NCBI GenBank assembly: GCA_963422375.2
Contig: OY729428.2
Coordinates: 2,336,001 to 2,400,000, forward strand
Length of the DNA: 64,000 nt
Reading direction: 5' to 3'
Source: Bryobacterales bacterium
GTDB lineage: Bacteria; Acidobacteriota; Terriglobia; Bryobacterales; UBA6623
Within the stretch, counting starts at the first letter, position 1. Every line of letters starts with the position of its first letter. Shown here one piece after another: positions 11,318 through 21,919 of this stretch. The notes below the pieces were generated by a model. It did not search any database. It saw only the letters and a program-made list of their open reading frames with translations, and was not told the origin of the DNA. The translations under genes were made by a program, and so were the position numbers.

Positions 11318-12535
11318 CTAGAGGCGGACCCGGGCCCACTTCTTGCCGAACTTCAGGACCAGCTCCGTCACGCCAGGCGACACTTGGTAGCTCATCTCCT
11401 TGTGCTTGACGCCGTTGACACTGACCGCGTTCTCCCGGAGCTTGCGGTTCGCCTCCCCTCCCGACTTCGCCAGCCCGGCGACCCGGAGAAGCTTGTCGAT
11501 GCGAATCGTGGGCTGGTCGCGCATCTCGGGAGGGATGTCCAATTCGGGCATCTCGGGCGGGACCTCCTTGTTCTGGACCACGCGGCGGAAGATCTCGCCG
11601 CCGCGCCGTGACTCGCTCGCTCCGTGGAAGTCAGTCACGATCCGCTCCGCCAGGGAATGCTTCAGGTTCATCGGATGGACCGCCTCTTCGGCCGCTTGGA
11701 GCTTCAACTCGGCGATCTCGCTCTTCGGCACGTCCGTGAGCAGCTCGTAGTACCGCCACATCAGCTTGTCCGAGACCTGCATTACCTTGCGGTACATGAT
11801 CTCGGGCGGCTCGCAGATGCCGATGAAGTTGCCAAGCGACTTCGACATTTTCTGGGCGCCGTCCAAGCCCTCGAGAATCGGCATCGTCGCGACGACCTGG
11901 CGCGGCTGGCCCCGGCTGGCCTGCAGTTCCCTGCCGAGTAGGAGGTTGAACTTCTGGTCCGTCCCGCCAAGCTCCACGTCGGCTCGCAGGGCCACCGAGT
12001 CCCGGGCCTGCGTCAGGGGATAGAGCAGCTCGTGCAGGCGGATGGGCCGGCCCTGCTTGTAGCGCCGGGAGAAGTCCTCTCGCTCGAGCAGCTGCGCGAT
12101 GGTGGCCTCGGCGCACAGCCGGATCATGCCGAGGGTCCCGAGCTCGAGCAGCCACTCCCCGTTGAAGCGGACCTCGGTCCTGTCCCGGTCTAGGATCCGG
12201 AACACCTGCTTCTTGTAGGTCTCGGCGTTTTCGCGAATCTGATCTCGGGTCATGGGCGGCCGCGTGGTGTTGCGCCCTGTCGGGTCGCCGATCAGTCCCG
12301 TGACGTCGCCGATCAGGAAGATCGCCGTGTGCCCGAGGTCCTGGAAGTGCCTCATCTTGCGCAGTAGGACCGTGTGGCCGAGATGGAGGTCCGGGGCGGT
12401 CGGGTCGAAGCCGGCCTTGACACGCAGGGGCCGCCCTTCCCGGGCGCACTGCACCAAGCGCTGGCGAAGCTCCCCCTCCGAGATGATCTCCGCGCAACCC
12501 TTGCGCAGGTACTCGAGTTGCTGGTCGACCGTCAC
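11318..12535 (-). CDS. tyrS: Tyrosine--tRNA ligase
   Basis: GFDPTAPDLHLGH (HIGH), GGTDQKFN, KMSKS, C-terminal S4 domain. Confidence 0.97.
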   Translation of the reverse strand: MTVDQQLEYLRKGCAEIISEGELRQRLVQCAREGRPLRVKAGFDPTAPDLHLGHTVLLRKMRHFQDLGHTAIFLIGDVTGLIGDPTGRNTTRPPMTRDQIRENAETYKKQVFRILDRDRTEVRFNGEWLLELGTLGMIRLCAEATIAQLLEREDFSRRYKQGRPIRLHELLYPLTQARDSVALRADVELGGTDQKFNLLLGRELQASRGQPRQVVATMPILEGLDGAQKMSKSLGNFIGICEPPEIMYRKVMQVSDKLMWRYYELLTDVPKSEIAELKLQAAEEAVHPMNLKHSLAERIVTDFHGASESRRGGEIFRRVVQNKEVPPEMPELDIPPEMRDQPTIRIDKLLRVAGLAKSGGEANRKLRENAVSVNGVKHKEMSYQVSPGVTELVLKFGKKWARVRL

Positions 12536-13134
12536 TTCGTGCGCAAGACCCGGCGCCCGTCGATGCGGTAGCGCCCGCTCAGAACCAAGGCGATTGCCTC
12601 GGTGTAGATCCGGTGCTCCTGCTCGAGGATGCGAGCCGACAATGTGTCTTCGTCGTCCGCATCCAGCACCGGCACGACAGCTTGCTCAATGACCGGGCCT
12701 GCATCGAGACGCTCGTCAACGAAATGCACTGTGCAGCCCGTGTACCTCACCCCGTGCTCCAAAGCCTGGGCCTGGCCCTCCAGTCCAGGGAAGGAGGGCA
12801 GCAGAGATGGATGGATGTTCAGAATTCGCTGCGGGTACGTTTCGACGAAGTAGGCGCTCAGCAGGCGCATGAAGCCGGCGAGGCAGACCAAATCGACTCG
12901 CTCTCGGCGCAGCCGGTCCACGACCAAGCGGTCGTAGGCCTCCCGCTCCATCCTGCGCGAGGGAATGCACACGTTCTCCAACCCGCGCTCACCGGCCCGC
13001 CGCAAACCAAGAGCCCTGGGGTTGTTGCTGATGACGACGGCGATCTCCGCATCGAGCCGCCCCGCGTCGATGCTGTCGGCGATCGCTTCAAAGTTCGACC
13101 CCCGCCCCGAGATCAGAATCCCAAGCCGATTCAT
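12532..13134 (-). CDS. purN: Phosphoribosylglycinamide formyltransferase
   Basis: ISGRGSN, LAGFMRLL, NIHPSLLP, GCTVHFVDE. Overlaps purM and tyrS by 4 nt. Confidence 0.97.
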   Translation of the reverse strand: MNRLGILISGRGSNFEAIADSIDAGRLDAEIAVVISNNPRALGLRRAGERGLENVCIPSRRMEREAYDRLVVDRLRRERVDLVCLAGFMRLLSAYFVETYPQRILNIHPSLLPSFPGLEGQAQALEHGVRYTGCTVHFVDERLDAGPVIEQAVVPVLDADDEDTLSARILEQEHRIYTEAIALVLSGRYRIDGRRVLRTK

Positions 13135-14171
13135 GGGCCGTAAACCACTTCCCTGTCGCCGGACTCCACGACGCCCACCTCGTAGGCCTGGATTTCGGTC
13201 GCGCGCAGCACGTCCAGCGCTAGTCCGACCGTACCGGGCGGCACGCAGGCCACCATGCCGATCCCCATGTTGAATGTCCGCAGCATCTCGGAGTCCTCAA
13301 TCCCGCCAAGCTCCTGCAGCAATCCGAAAACGGCGGGGACGGGCCACCGACCCGTCCAGATTCGAGCCCGCAGGCCGTTGGGCAGCATGCGGTGAGCGTT
13401 GCCCGGAATCCCGCCGCCGGTGATGTGAGCGGCCGCCTGCAGCAGTCCGCGGACTTTCAGCGCTCGCAGAGGCTGCAGATAGCTGCGATGCACCTTGAGG
13501 AGCTCCTCCCCAACGGTGCATTCGAGTTCGGGCCGCCAATCGTCCACCTGCATGCCCGCCACGTCGAAGAGGACCTTGCGGGCCAAGGAGTAACCGTTGG
13601 TGTGCAGTCCAGTCGAGGCGATCCCGATGAGATGGCTGCCACCGGTGACGCCCGCGCCGACCATCAGGTCGTCTCGGTCGGCAATTCCGACGATGAACCC
13701 AGCGAGGTCGTACTCGCCGTCCTTGTAGATGCCGGGCATCTCGGCGGTCTCCCCGCCCACCAGCGATACGCCGTTGTCCGAGCACGCAACGCTGACACCG
13801 CGAACCACGCTTTCCACAACGCCCGGCACCAAGCGGCCAGTCGAGAAGTAGTCGAGGAAGAACAGAGGCGTAGCGCCCTGCACGGCGATATCGTTCACGC
13901 AGTGGTTCACGAGGCACTGGCCCACCGTGTCGTGCCTGTTCGCGGCGAATGCGACCTTGAGCTTCGTTCCGACGCCGTCGGCCGAGCTCACGAGCACGGG
14001 ATTCGACACGTTCGCGCCTTCCAAGGAGTACGCGGCTCCGAACGATCCGATGCCGGTCAGGACGTTGGCGTCGAAGGTCCTGCGCGCCAGTTCCTTGATC
14101 CGGTCGGTGGCCCGCTCAGCACTATCGATGTCCACGCCCGCCTCGGCGTACGTCAGGGGGCTTCGCGCCAT
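13131..14171 (-). CDS. purM: Phosphoribosylformylglycinamidine cyclo-ligase
   Basis: YAEAGVDI, DGVGTKL, GGETAEMPG, GLHTNGYSL, HITGGG, TFNMGIG. Confidence 0.97.
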   Translation of the reverse strand: MARSPLTYAEAGVDIDSAERATDRIKELARRTFDANVLTGIGSFGAAYSLEGANVSNPVLVSSADGVGTKLKVAFAANRHDTVGQCLVNHCVNDIAVQGATPLFFLDYFSTGRLVPGVVESVVRGVSVACSDNGVSLVGGETAEMPGIYKDGEYDLAGFIVGIADRDDLMVGAGVTGGSHLIGIASTGLHTNGYSLARKVLFDVAGMQVDDWRPELECTVGEELLKVHRSYLQPLRALKVRGLLQAAAHITGGGIPGNAHRMLPNGLRARIWTGRWPVPAVFGLLQELGGIEDSEMLRTFNMGIGMVACVPPGTVGLALDVLRATEIQAYEVGVVESGDREVVYGP

Positions 14172-14998
14172 CGTCTGAATCCATTATCGCAACGGGCTTC
14201 GCCGCCCGGCGACGTCACTGGCAGGCGGGTGCGCGCGACCGGCCTGCAGTTGGGGCGGGAGCGTCCAGCAACGCCACTCGGCCAGTCCGAGCGGCCTTGA
14301 GCTACCAGGTACTGGACGCGCAGATTCAGCCCCAAGTGACCGCTGGCATGAAAAGTCGAGGATTGCAACGACAGGACTGGTCCGGATGGTTTCCGCGTGA
14401 CGACGATTCCTTGTAGGGATGCTTTGGCGTGGACCTGCGGACCGGATCCAGGATTCTCTCGGCCACCGAATGCGTAGATCACCTGCACCGACCTGGGAGC
14501 CCCTAGAGCCGCCCGCACGTATGCTCGCTCGGGCAGGCGGCCCGCGCTCCGGAACAGCTAGGATGCACGGGAAAGCGTCGGCAGCCTAGGCTTGCAAGCG
14601 TTGCGCTGCAGCCGGTCGAAACCCGTCCGCGCCACCATGGCGCGCCCCTCGTCTACGACGTTGCGCGTTCGTCTGCGGTCATGACGCATTTTCGGGGCGA
14701 TGCCTTCCCCGCCAGAACACCGATACAGGAGCCCCTCCGCATGCGTGGAGTCCACCAACCCCGATGGATCATGAATCAACAGGACCTAGCTGCGGGGTAT
14801 CGAGACAAGGCACAGCTACGGCCCGGAGCCTCCCGGGAAGTGCAAGCGGGCGCGTCGCGGCCCTGCCTGCCTCCCTCCACCGAGGTAGCCGAGCATCCGA
14901 ACTGGTCCGCGGTCGCAGGCTACGGCCCGGCACCCCGTCATGCGGGCGCAGGGCGGGCTTGATTCTTCCCTTTAGACTACGGAATACGGGAAACGCCA

Positions 14999-17101
14999 GT
15001 GACTGTCGAAACGAGACTTCGGCTCAGCATTCTGCCAGTGGCCTTGGCCCTCCTTGCAGCGGGTGCAAGTGCGCACGACGAGCCCATCGCCGTTTATTCG
15101 GCGGCAAGCTTGGACAGCGACCGGCCCGTGGCGCCACGCTCGATCGCCATCGTCGAAGGCGATTTCGGGGATCGCCTGGCGATGGCGCCGAACGGCGTGC
15201 CGACGGTCGAGCTTGACTCGGTCCGCGTGCGAATCTCCGGATCGGACGGCGTCGAGCAGGACGCTGCCATCTTCGCGGTCAATCCCCAGCATGTCCGCAT
15301 CCTCGTGCCGAGCCTGCCGGCAGGCACGGCTCACATCGAGGTAAGGCGCGCCGCCGAGGTGATCGCCGACGGCACGTTTCGAGTGCAATCCGTCAGCCCT
15401 GGGCTGTTCTCGGCAGCGGGCAGCGGCGGCGGTTTCGCGGACGCCATGGCCGTTCGCGTCAACATGGCAACGGGCGCACGGAGCGTCGAGGCCGTTGCCT
15501 ACCTGAATGACCGGACAGGAGCCTACGAGCCGGTTCCGCTCAATCCGGCCGCGGACGACGTCGTCCTGTTCCTGAAGCTTCGCGGAACCGGGATCCGCAA
15601 CGCCTCCAAGGTGTCTGTGACGATCGCGGGGGTCTCCGTACCGGCAAACTGCCGGCACCCCGGCGACGCGCCCGCCGGAATCGACGAAGTCAGCGTCGGC
15701 CCGCTTCCTGTGCAGCTCGCCCACCGCGAAGTCGCCGAGGTCGTCCTGACGGCAGACGAAATCACGTCGAATGCCGTCCGGGTCGCCTTCTCGCCAAGCA
15801 CCGGCGAAGCAATCACGTTCTCGAACCAGATCTCGCGGCTGTTTCAAGAGCACTGCCAGGAATGCCACCGGCCGGGCGAGGTCGCGCCGTTCCCGCTGAT
15901 CGAGTACCAAGACGCAATGTCGCGGGCTACCAGCATAGTCAGTGCAGCCGAGAGTAGATCTATGCCCCCGTGGAAGCCTGTCCCGGGGCACGGCAAATTT
16001 CTGAACGAGCGACGCTTAAGCGAAGAGGAGATCAAGCTGCTGCGACTGTGGGTGGACGCGGGCGCCCCGGAGGGCAACCCAGCGGACCTGCCAGCCCCTC
16101 GCGAGTTCAGCAACGATTGGTCGCTGGGCGAGCCGGACGTCATCCTAGAAGCCCCTACGTACTCCCCCGACCCAAACGCGAACGACGATTACCGCTGCTT
16201 CAGCGTTCAACTCCCGGAGAGCATCACCGAAAGCAAGAGCATCACCAAGATCGAAGTCCAGCCGGGAAACCGCAGGATTGTTCACCACGTGATTCTGTAC
16301 GGCGACCCCATTGGGGAATCGGCAGCGCTCCAAGCATCGACCAGCGACGGGAAACCCGGATACCGATGCTTCGGCAGCGGCGGCATATCGCTGAGCGGGT
16401 TCACCCTCGGAGTGGAGTCGTATCTCATGGGCGGCTGGGCACCGGGGACGCGCCCGATGGTGCTTCCAGAGGACACCGGGCTTTACGTCCGGCGAGGCGC
16501 GCGCTTCGCGCTCCAAGTCCACTATCACCCCGACGGCAAGCCGGAATCGGACAGCACTCGGATCGGTCTGCATTTCGCCGACCGGAGAACTTCGCAGAAC
16601 GCCTCCGTCATCCCGGTGATCAACACGCGATTCGTGATACCTCCGGGCGAACCGCGCCACGAGGTTACGGCATCGCTCGATCTGGAGGGATTCGCCGGCG
16701 ACTTGGTTCCAGCCGCCTTTCTCCCGGCTATTGAAGCAAGCGGAATCTTCCCGGTGGATATTATCAATGTCCTCCCGCACATGCACAAGCTGGGCCAGGA
16801 GATCCGGATGGACAAGATCTCCTCGGACGGAACGAGGACGCCCATGGTCTATATCGACGACTGGGATTTCAACTGGCAAGACTTCTACTATTACGTCGAG
16901 CCTGTCAAGTTCAACATAGGGGATCGTCTCGAAGTATCTGCGATCTACGACAACTCGACATCCAATCCGAACAATCCCAATAATCCGCCGAGATCTGTCG
17001 GTTGGGGCAATGGCTCTGACGACGAGATGTGCATCGTTTTCTTCACAGTGGTGCTACCCGATCTCTGCCGATTTCCGTTGGGCCTCTGCAACAGCCATTG
17101 A
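14999..17101 (+). CDS. Secreted fusion: TIGR03437-like domain + c-type cytochrome + copper type II monooxygenase-like domains
   Basis: Signal peptide; SAAS...VAPRSI...SPGLFSAAGSG...GTGIR (TIGR03437-like); CQECH and MPPW; HHVILY, HYH, PHMH, WDFNWQ, DEMC copper-ligand motifs. Confidence 0.8.
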   Translation: MTVETRLRLSILPVALALLAAGASAHDEPIAVYSAASLDSDRPVAPRSIAIVEGDFGDRLAMAPNGVPTVELDSVRVRISGSDGVEQDAAIFAVNPQHVRILVPSLPAGTAHIEVRRAAEVIADGTFRVQSVSPGLFSAAGSGGGFADAMAVRVNMATGARSVEAVAYLNDRTGAYEPVPLNPAADDVVLFLKLRGTGIRNASKVSVTIAGVSVPANCRHPGDAPAGIDEVSVGPLPVQLAHREVAEVVLTADEITSNAVRVAFSPSTGEAITFSNQISRLFQEHCQECHRPGEVAPFPLIEYQDAMSRATSIVSAAESRSMPPWKPVPGHGKFLNERRLSEEEIKLLRLWVDAGAPEGNPADLPAPREFSNDWSLGEPDVILEAPTYSPDPNANDDYRCFSVQLPESITESKSITKIEVQPGNRRIVHHVILYGDPIGESAALQASTSDGKPGYRCFGSGGISLSGFTLGVESYLMGGWAPGTRPMVLPEDTGLYVRRGARFALQVHYHPDGKPESDSTRIGLHFADRRTSQNASVIPVINTRFVIPPGEPRHEVTASLDLEGFAGDLVPAAFLPAIEASGIFPVDIINVLPHMHKLGQEIRMDKISSDGTRTPMVYIDDWDFNWQDFYYYVEPVKFNIGDRLEVSAIYDNSTSNPNNPNNPPRSVGWGNGSDDEMCIVFFTVVLPDLCRFPLGLCNSH

Positions 17102-17717
17102 CCTCTCGCGCACGGATCGCTCACGACGGCTCCCGGAACTGATCTCGGGCCGCATAGAATCAATTGAGCGGGATAGATCGGTTCCATCTGCTACTTGGCG
17201 AGAGTGCCTAGTCATTCACCAAGATGCCAGCACCCTCGTGCGCGGTCGGGCGTGCGGCCAGCGAGCAGAATCCAAGAGAGCGAAAGCCGGCCGGTTCTCC
17301 AGCATGTGCCGAACGGCGACGGCAGGCCGAATCGCCCAGTGCATCGCTCGAGTGCCAAACAATCCGCTCGTCAGTCCGGGGAGGGGCATTGCCAGCACAT
17401 CACGTAGAAGGACTCCACTAGTCCGGATGATTCGCGGCTGAAGTCCGACTGGAGGAATCCGGTTTCAGCAGGTCGGAATTGAGGCTCGACGCACATGGAT
17501 AGCCGGATTCAGGGCTTCCGCTGGTCGGTTCTGCCTGCACGGACGTCCGGCCCGGCGTTCCGCGGCCGAAATGCGAACGAGCGCCCGATTCGATGGCTCG
17601 ATGAGTCCTTCGGGCTAGGAGCGGCACATCTGCGGGCGCGGGCGCCTCCGCCGCAGCGGAATGGTCGCCTGCTGGCGGCGTCGCCCGACACGAGAATTGA
17701 CGGCGAGCGGCAGCCGC

Positions 17718-18337
17718 TCAATCATCAGCGTCCTCCAGCGGTAGCAACTGCGCCGCCATCCACTGGGGAGGGTCTGCGTCGAATTCCCGTACCGGCCCGG
17801 AACTGGCGGGCCGAGCCTCGATGTGCAGAACTGCCGATTGCAGCCTCCTCAATTTCCATTCGTGCTCGGCTTGACGCCTCTGAATCGGCTCGATCTGCAT
17901 CAGTCCGCCGGTGAGCGTGGCCAGTAGTTCTCCGTTGCGAGCGGCTTGCTCCGAGAGATTGCGGTGGTCCTCCCGCTGCCTCGTCGCGAGCTTCTCGACG
18001 GCCCCGTCCCGCTGCCTCGAGAGCTGCTCGAAAGCCTCCTGCTGCCCCGCCGCAAGAGCGCCGTAGCCGCCCGTCAGCCGCTCCGAGAGCCTGCGGAGGT
18101 GAACCTCCTGCCGCTCCAACAACTCGTCGAAGGCCCCAGCTGCAGCTGGATTGCCTCATAGCCTTGCACCACCTGGACAGCTAGGGTGCTTTGGCCCGCT
18201 GGTACCCGCCGAATGACATTCCGGACCCTGCCGACCCCGTCCGACAGCTCTTGGACGGCACTCGCGCGCTTGCGGGATCCCTCGCGATACTCTCCCGAGC
18301 GAAACGCGAACCTCAGAGTCGCCCAATTTATTATCAA
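17718..18337 (-). pseudogene. Hypothetical coiled-coil protein, probably frameshifted near 18125
   Basis: Two overlapping ORFs (18074-18337 and 17718-18122) with heptad-like Q/E/R/L-rich sequence; no family recognised. Confidence 0.35.
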
Positions 18338-18464
18338 ATCTATGACGTTGTCCCCGAAACACCGACGGACACTGCTGTTGCTATTTGAGCGACATCCACT
18401 GTCTAGACCAGAGCATGGGCGCTACTCACGCGCATCAGTCTGCCCCCTGCCCTGCCGATATCTA

Positions 18465-18719
18465 GTGCTTGTGACAAAACCCCTGAATTCTGGCCCGATC
18501 AGCATTTCATACTACATCCTGAAGTCGGATGGATCTCCAAACACAACATATAGGGCCCAAGGTCGGAAATTGCTCAGACGCCAATCGCGAAGATTTCGAC
18601 GCTCTATTCAGAATCGCCAGGGTTTCGGATTAGTCGTAGCATTCCAGCGAAATCTTCGCCTTGAGAGATTGGATCTAACGCCTTTGTTGTCAAGGGGATA
18701 CGAGTTTTGTCACGGGCAC
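18465..18719. mobile_element. Putative MITE or internally deleted IS (255 bp)
   Basis: Terminal IRs GTGCTTGTGACAAAAC (18465-18480) and GTTTTGTCACGGGCAC (18704-18719), 14/16 match. Flanks TATCTA / GATCTA. Lower GC than host genes. Confidence 0.6.
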
Positions 18720-18722
18720 GAT

Positions 18723-19352
18723 CTAGTCAATTAGGTTCAGGCCGCCGTCTTCAAGTGTCACGGGTCGCTGCCAGTACCCGAACTGGGGAGTCCAGTCGTC
18801 CCCTCCGTGGCCCGCTAGAGCGAGGAAACTCCAAGCCGAGCAGAACATGTCGCCGGGACCGAACACCACGGCATTCTTCCGCAGGATGGTACCGTCGCTC
18901 TTCTCGTAGAGCACGGCCCCGGGCATATTGTCCTGGCCGGACATGGTGGTCTGCTCGCGGATGTAGCTGCCGGCCTGATGCGAAGCAAGCCGGAACCGCC
19001 AGCCGCGAGCGTTGGCGAACCGTCGCTGGACTTCGGGCGGATCCTTCGAAAGCAGCACGACCGCCATGGCCGACTCCAAGTGATGCAGGAAGCCGTTGAT
19101 GCCGTCGGCCCACAACGTACAGTACCTGCACGCCTGCCCCATGTTGTGTATCGCTAGTAGCTTGTCCTTTCCGGCGAAGAGGTCGGCGAGATGCGTTTCG
19201 CCTTCCAGCGTTTGCAATGGGTAGTTCGGCACCGGGGTGCCCACTGCGGTCCGTCTCAGCTTGTTGAGCTGCTCCGTCAGTTCCGCGACTCGGCGCTCGA
19301 GGTCCGTGATGGTGGACTCGGAATCGGTAGGGCTTGTAGTAGGCTCTGGCAC
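18723..19352 (-). CDS. DUF899-family thioredoxin-like protein
   Basis: N-terminal coiled coil, LADLFAGKDKL, CRYCTLWADG, RGWRF. Confidence 0.8.
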   Translation of the reverse strand: MPEPTTSPTDSESTITDLERRVAELTEQLNKLRRTAVGTPVPNYPLQTLEGETHLADLFAGKDKLLAIHNMGQACRYCTLWADGINGFLHHLESAMAVVLLSKDPPEVQRRFANARGWRFRLASHQAGSYIREQTTMSGQDNMPGAVLYEKSDGTILRKNAVVFGPGDMFCSAWSFLALAGHGGDDWTPQFGYWQRPVTLEDGGLNLID

Positions 19353-19976
19353 GGCAGGTCGTCCAATTCTGGCTAAGGCCTAGCCTCGCGGGAGTGACCG
19401 TACGGCCGTCACCCGGCGCAGGCGAGTTGGCTGAGTAAGTCTAGCACGCGGCTAGCGGTCTCCTCCTCCCCGCTGACGGCGAGGTCACGGCGGGACGGTC
19501 TCGCCCAGCTGGGGCACCAGGCGCCGTGGAAGTCGATTCGGTCTGGAGCCGGGGCGGTGCCTGTTCGCAGGACGGATTGAGACGATCAGCGTGCCCGTCG
19601 GGCACTTATTCTTCGGCGTGTCCGGCTCATCGCCGCCGACGGGACCGCCGGGATCGTCCGCGGGGCATCCCAAGAACCGGCCCCCAGGTGCCGGGGGTTC
19701 GGCGATGGCAGAACTTCGAGCCCCCTAGAGTGGTCTCGGACCAAGCGTGGCTGGTGTTCGGGCAGACATGTCTACTGGGCCCGATTTCTCCATCAAAGCC
19801 CGCAACCTTCGCTGCCCGGGCACCGAGAGACCGTGGTATGCAGCAACGAACTCGAGAGACAGGTCAACTTCACCCTAGCGAGCAGTTCATTGTCTTAGGG
19901 CAGTCGCCTCGCCTTGGGCCGTGCCCTCGCCGCTTGCCGCTGCGAGCCATCTCTCAGAATTCCAGGGCCGGCCAGC

Positions 19977-20495
19977 CTAGCGTGAACGCACGGTGCCGAA
20001 GCGAGAGGCGAACTCGTCCCACGCGACACGGTACTCCTCCTCTCGGTCGCAGCGATCAAACGGGGCGCGGTACTCGATCACGCGCTCGACCGGGCTGCCG
20101 GACTGCGTGTCGTCAAGAATCTTGCGCGTGACGACTCCCTCCTTGAGGTCTCGGATGTCCTCCCATCCGAGCGATAGACCCGATTCGGACCGATCCGGCG
20201 CGACCAGTCCGTAGCACGTGTCCTGTTTGTTCGGCTTGCGCGGCAGGCCCACCCCGGGTAGGCCCTTGGACGAAGTGAACACGATTCGTCCGTTCGCGTC
20301 GTACCAAGTGTCTACCTCGTAGCCGCGCATCACCGGGAACAGAACTCGGTAGACGACAAGCAGCTCGTCGAGTCCGAGTCCGAGAGCCATCGAGGCCAGC
20401 ACGTCGATCTCGACCAACGCCTGCCGCCGGGCGTAGTCGGACCGGAGAGCGCATGCGCGATGCCAAGAAGGTCCGAGGGACGAAAAGTAGCCATT
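19977..20495 (-). pseudogene. C-terminal remnant of a large Type IIG RM / N6-adenine DNA methyltransferase
   Basis: [18 protein letters not shown]...[33 protein letters not shown]...GWEDI...[16 protein letters not shown] resembles the tail of these enzymes. Catalytic N-terminal part is absent. Confidence 0.7.
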
Positions 20496-20875
20496 CGAAA
20501 GAGTCCTGTCGCATCCGGCTCCTTTTCCGACTCTCGGTGGGAAATGCACTCCTCGCACGCTCCACGGTGTCGATGGCGGATATGGCACGGTAATCGATTC
20601 AGCCAAGCCACTCGCATTTGCACTATCGAGTGATGGCACTTCGCTGACGTTACAGGCCTGCTTCCCATCTGGGTCCGCGGAAAGGCAGCATCTCGCGTAA
20701 ACTGCATGAAGGAATCCTAGAAGTATGGCCCGCCGAGTATTCTTTAGCTTCGCCCATTCAACTCCGAAGTGCGACACGCGCCGAGCCACAAGATGGCAGG
20801 GAGGGGAGAGGGGGGGCAGCGAGCGGTGGTGTGGCGGCAGTAGGCTGGTAGGTGCTGGAAGGAGCAGGGAGGCGG

Positions 20876-21919
20876 ATGCGGAAGAGCTACACGCACGTGA
20901 CGCAGGAGGAGCGCTGCCGGAGCGAGACGCTGCGGGCGGCGGGCTGGGCGGGCTGGGGAGCGGACAGGATCGCCGGGCAGCCGGGCCGCAAGCGGGCCAC
21001 GATCTACCGGGAAGTGGGCCGCAACGGCCGACCGGCGGAGGGCGAGCGCGCGGCGAGCTACAGCTTGGGGAGCGCGCGGGAGCGCGCGGAGCGGCGGCGG
21101 CGCGCGGCGTCGTGCCGGCCGCGCCAGCTGACGTCGGCGCTGCGGGCGCGGAGCGAGGACTGCCTGCGGCAGGACTGGAGCCCGGAGCAGGAGCCCGGAG
21201 CAGGAGCCCGGAGCAGGAGCCCGGAGCAGGTCGCGGCGCGGCTGCAGCGGGAAGGGGCGCTGGAGATCAGCCCTGAACGGATCTACCAGCTGGTGCGCGC
21301 GGACCGGCGGCAGGGGGGCCGGCTGTACCGGCACCCGAGGCAGGGCGGCCGCAAGCGCGTCCGGCGGGTCGGCCGGACGGCGGGCCGCGGCCTGATCCCG
21401 GGGCGCGCGGACATCGCGGAGCGCCCGGCGGAGGCGCGAGCGCAGGCGCGCGTCGGCGACCGGGAGGCCGACACCGTGATCGGCGGGCAGCGCCGCGGGG
21501 CGCCGGTGACGCTGGTGGACCGGTTCTCTAAGTACCTGCTAGTGCAGCCGGTTAGCCGGCGCACGGCGCGGCTGGTCGGGGCGGCGATGACGGCCATGCT
21601 CGCAGGCAGCGGGGCCGTGACGCGCACGATCACGGCCGACAACGGCAAGGAGTTCGCGGGGCGCCGGGAGGTGGCGCAGCGGCTGGGGGCGGGCTTCTAC
21701 TGCGCGCGGCTCTGCCACTCCTGGGAGCGCGGGCTGAACGAGCATGCCAACGGGCTGCCGCGGCAGTACTGCCCGCAGGGGACGGACCTGCGGCGGGTGG
21801 ACCCGGCCCGGGTGCGGCAGGCGCGGGACCGCCTGAACCGGCGTCCGCGGAAGGTGCCGGGCGGGCGCACGCCGGAGGAAGTCTTCCCGGCGGAGCGCGA
21901 GCGGGTGCCGCGGGGCTGA
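20876..21919 (+). CDS. IS30-family transposase (open frame but degenerate)
   Basis: [49 protein letters not shown]. Confidence 0.9.
   Translation: MRKSYTHVTQEERCRSETLRAAGWAGWGADRIAGQPGRKRATIYREVGRNGRPAEGERAASYSLGSARERAERRRRAASCRPRQLTSALRARSEDCLRQDWSPEQEPGAGARSRSPEQVAARLQREGALEISPERIYQLVRADRRQGGRLYRHPRQGGRKRVRRVGRTAGRGLIPGRADIAERPAEARAQARVGDREADTVIGGQRRGAPVTLVDRFSKYLLVQPVSRRTARLVGAAMTAMLAGSGAVTRTITADNGKEFAGRREVAQRLGAGFYCARLCHSWERGLNEHANGLPRQYCPQGTDLRRVDPARVRQARDRLNRRPRKVPGGRTPEEVFPAERERVPRG
21177..21228 (+). repeat. 13-bp tandem repeat GGAGCCCGGAGCA x4 inside the IS30 transposase
   Basis: Four exact units here, versus two units at 58304-58329 in the second IS30 copy. Confidence 0.95.

Noticed and set aside
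18673..18740. ATCTAAC/GTTAGAT core suggesting an integron attC after DUF899
   Set aside because: No matching partner box or attC-like palindrome; better explained by the MITE-like element; no integron integrase
20491..20504. CCATTCGAAAGAGT, reminiscent of a c-di-GMP-I riboswitch stem
   Set aside because: Flanking conserved riboswitch elements are absent, and it lies at the edge of the RM gene remnant
21177..21228. Short direct repeats as a CRISPR array
   Set aside because: Contiguous 13-bp units without spacers, inside a transposase; no cas genes
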